A stretch of DNA of 63,134 bases, the filler included, from Octopus bimaculoides (Eukaryota): the NCBI RefSeq assembly GCF_001194135.2. It is 8 parts of 6 records of this genome, joined end to end, with 100 filler letters (N's around TTAATTAATTAA, not from the genome) between each part and the next. Parts side by side here need not be neighbours in the genome. Positions count along the whole stretch, not along the records: positions 59,487 to 63,134 come from NW_026371456.1; 7 more parts are not named here. One strand, written 5' to 3'. A model generated the notes under the pieces. The model was not told the DNA's origin, did not search any database, and saw only the letters and a program-made list of their open reading frames with translations. The number at the start of each line of letters is the position of its first letter. The first letter of the stretch is position 1. A program made the translations under genes and the position numbers. Positions 62,136-63,134 of the stretch are shown piece after piece.

Positions 62136-63049
62136 AAAATGCACAAAGACATCTATGTCTATGCAAGCGTTTGAATATGTCTGAATATTTTTTTCAATTT
62201 TCTATATGATAAATCTGGTCTTAATTGAAACCTGCTTTTGCTGTTTTTATTAACTGTGTGAATTGGTGAATGTATGTAATCCTTTACGCATATGTACAGA
62301 TTTATATATGCACAGAAAGCGAGCAGCATATAGACGGAAAGAAAGAGACAGAGAGAGAAAGACAGATAGACAGAGACAGAGAGAACGAAGAAATAGGAGT
62401 GAATGCGCTCGGTGTATATATAATTATATATTTGCGTGTGGTTGTATATAGTTAGGTCAAGTGTATCATATATTCGCCTCCATCTAAGGTACCCTATACT
62501 ATTAGATAACGACGTGGTGATAGGATATTATTGCCTTAATATGGGATTAGCAATGATTGATTTATGAATGCACGCTTAAGTATGAGAGTGTGTGCATGCA
62601 TGTGTGGGGTGGGAGAGGCAGAATGAAAGGGACATAAAGAGAAAACGGGAGGGAAAGATAGAAAGGGGGAGAGAGAGGAAAGGGGAGGGAGAGAGAAAAG
62701 GGGACAGAGAGAGAGAGAGAGAGAAAAAAGGGGACAGAGAGCCAGTGTGTATATGTAGGGGGAGGTAAATGAGAAAATGTGAAGGGTTTCCATTTCATTA
62801 GATTTTGAACTTAATATCAAATCTCCTTCTGTCAGTCTACCTTCATTTTTGTTCGTCTACTCATCTCTCCCAATATATATGGTGGTGGGTGTCTCTCTAG
62901 GCTTTTAGAGAGAAGTAAAGATATGCATGTATGCATTTATGTATGTATATATGTATGTATGTATGTATCAACAAGAAACGAGACATGCAACATAAAGAGC
63001 ATATCCCTTCGTCAGTTGTCCCTGTTTCAACTACTCCACGTTATCTACC

Positions 63050-63134
<85 letters not shown>

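Overview
AT-rich, repeat-saturated eukaryotic DNA. It is most likely an octopus genome, an inference from the SINE families and RTE 3' tails present. The draft assembly has many N gaps, seven of them carrying an artificial TTAATTAATTAA spacer. Host coding sequence is three symmetric phase-1 exons on the + strand: a VWA exon (16967-17533), an EGF exon (18038-18148) and a candidate 21-nt micro-exon (19013-19033). They encode part of a strongly cationic, matrilin-like extracellular protein. The rest is microsatellites and mobile-element debris: three tRNA-derived SINE families; RTE, CR1-like, Tx1/L1-like and R4/Dong-like LINE fragments; two Penelope-like elements (PLEs); Tc1/mariner elements including a DD37D/maT inverted fusion; and hAT- and Helitron-like ends. 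Best leads: (1) two complete type I hammerhead ribozymes in inverted orientation forming a ~200-bp palindrome at 48145-48341, plus further hammerhead motifs; (2) a SINE family that repeatedly inserts into or against the 5' head of its own copies; (3) several non-LTR fragments whose junctions sit exactly on specific microsatellites; (4) an internal retroelement fragment flanked by 54-bp direct repeats. Almost all long ORFs in the supplied track are translated microsatellites. No rRNA, true tRNA or CRISPR features were found. Repeat boundaries were read by eye and are approximate (about +/-10 bp).
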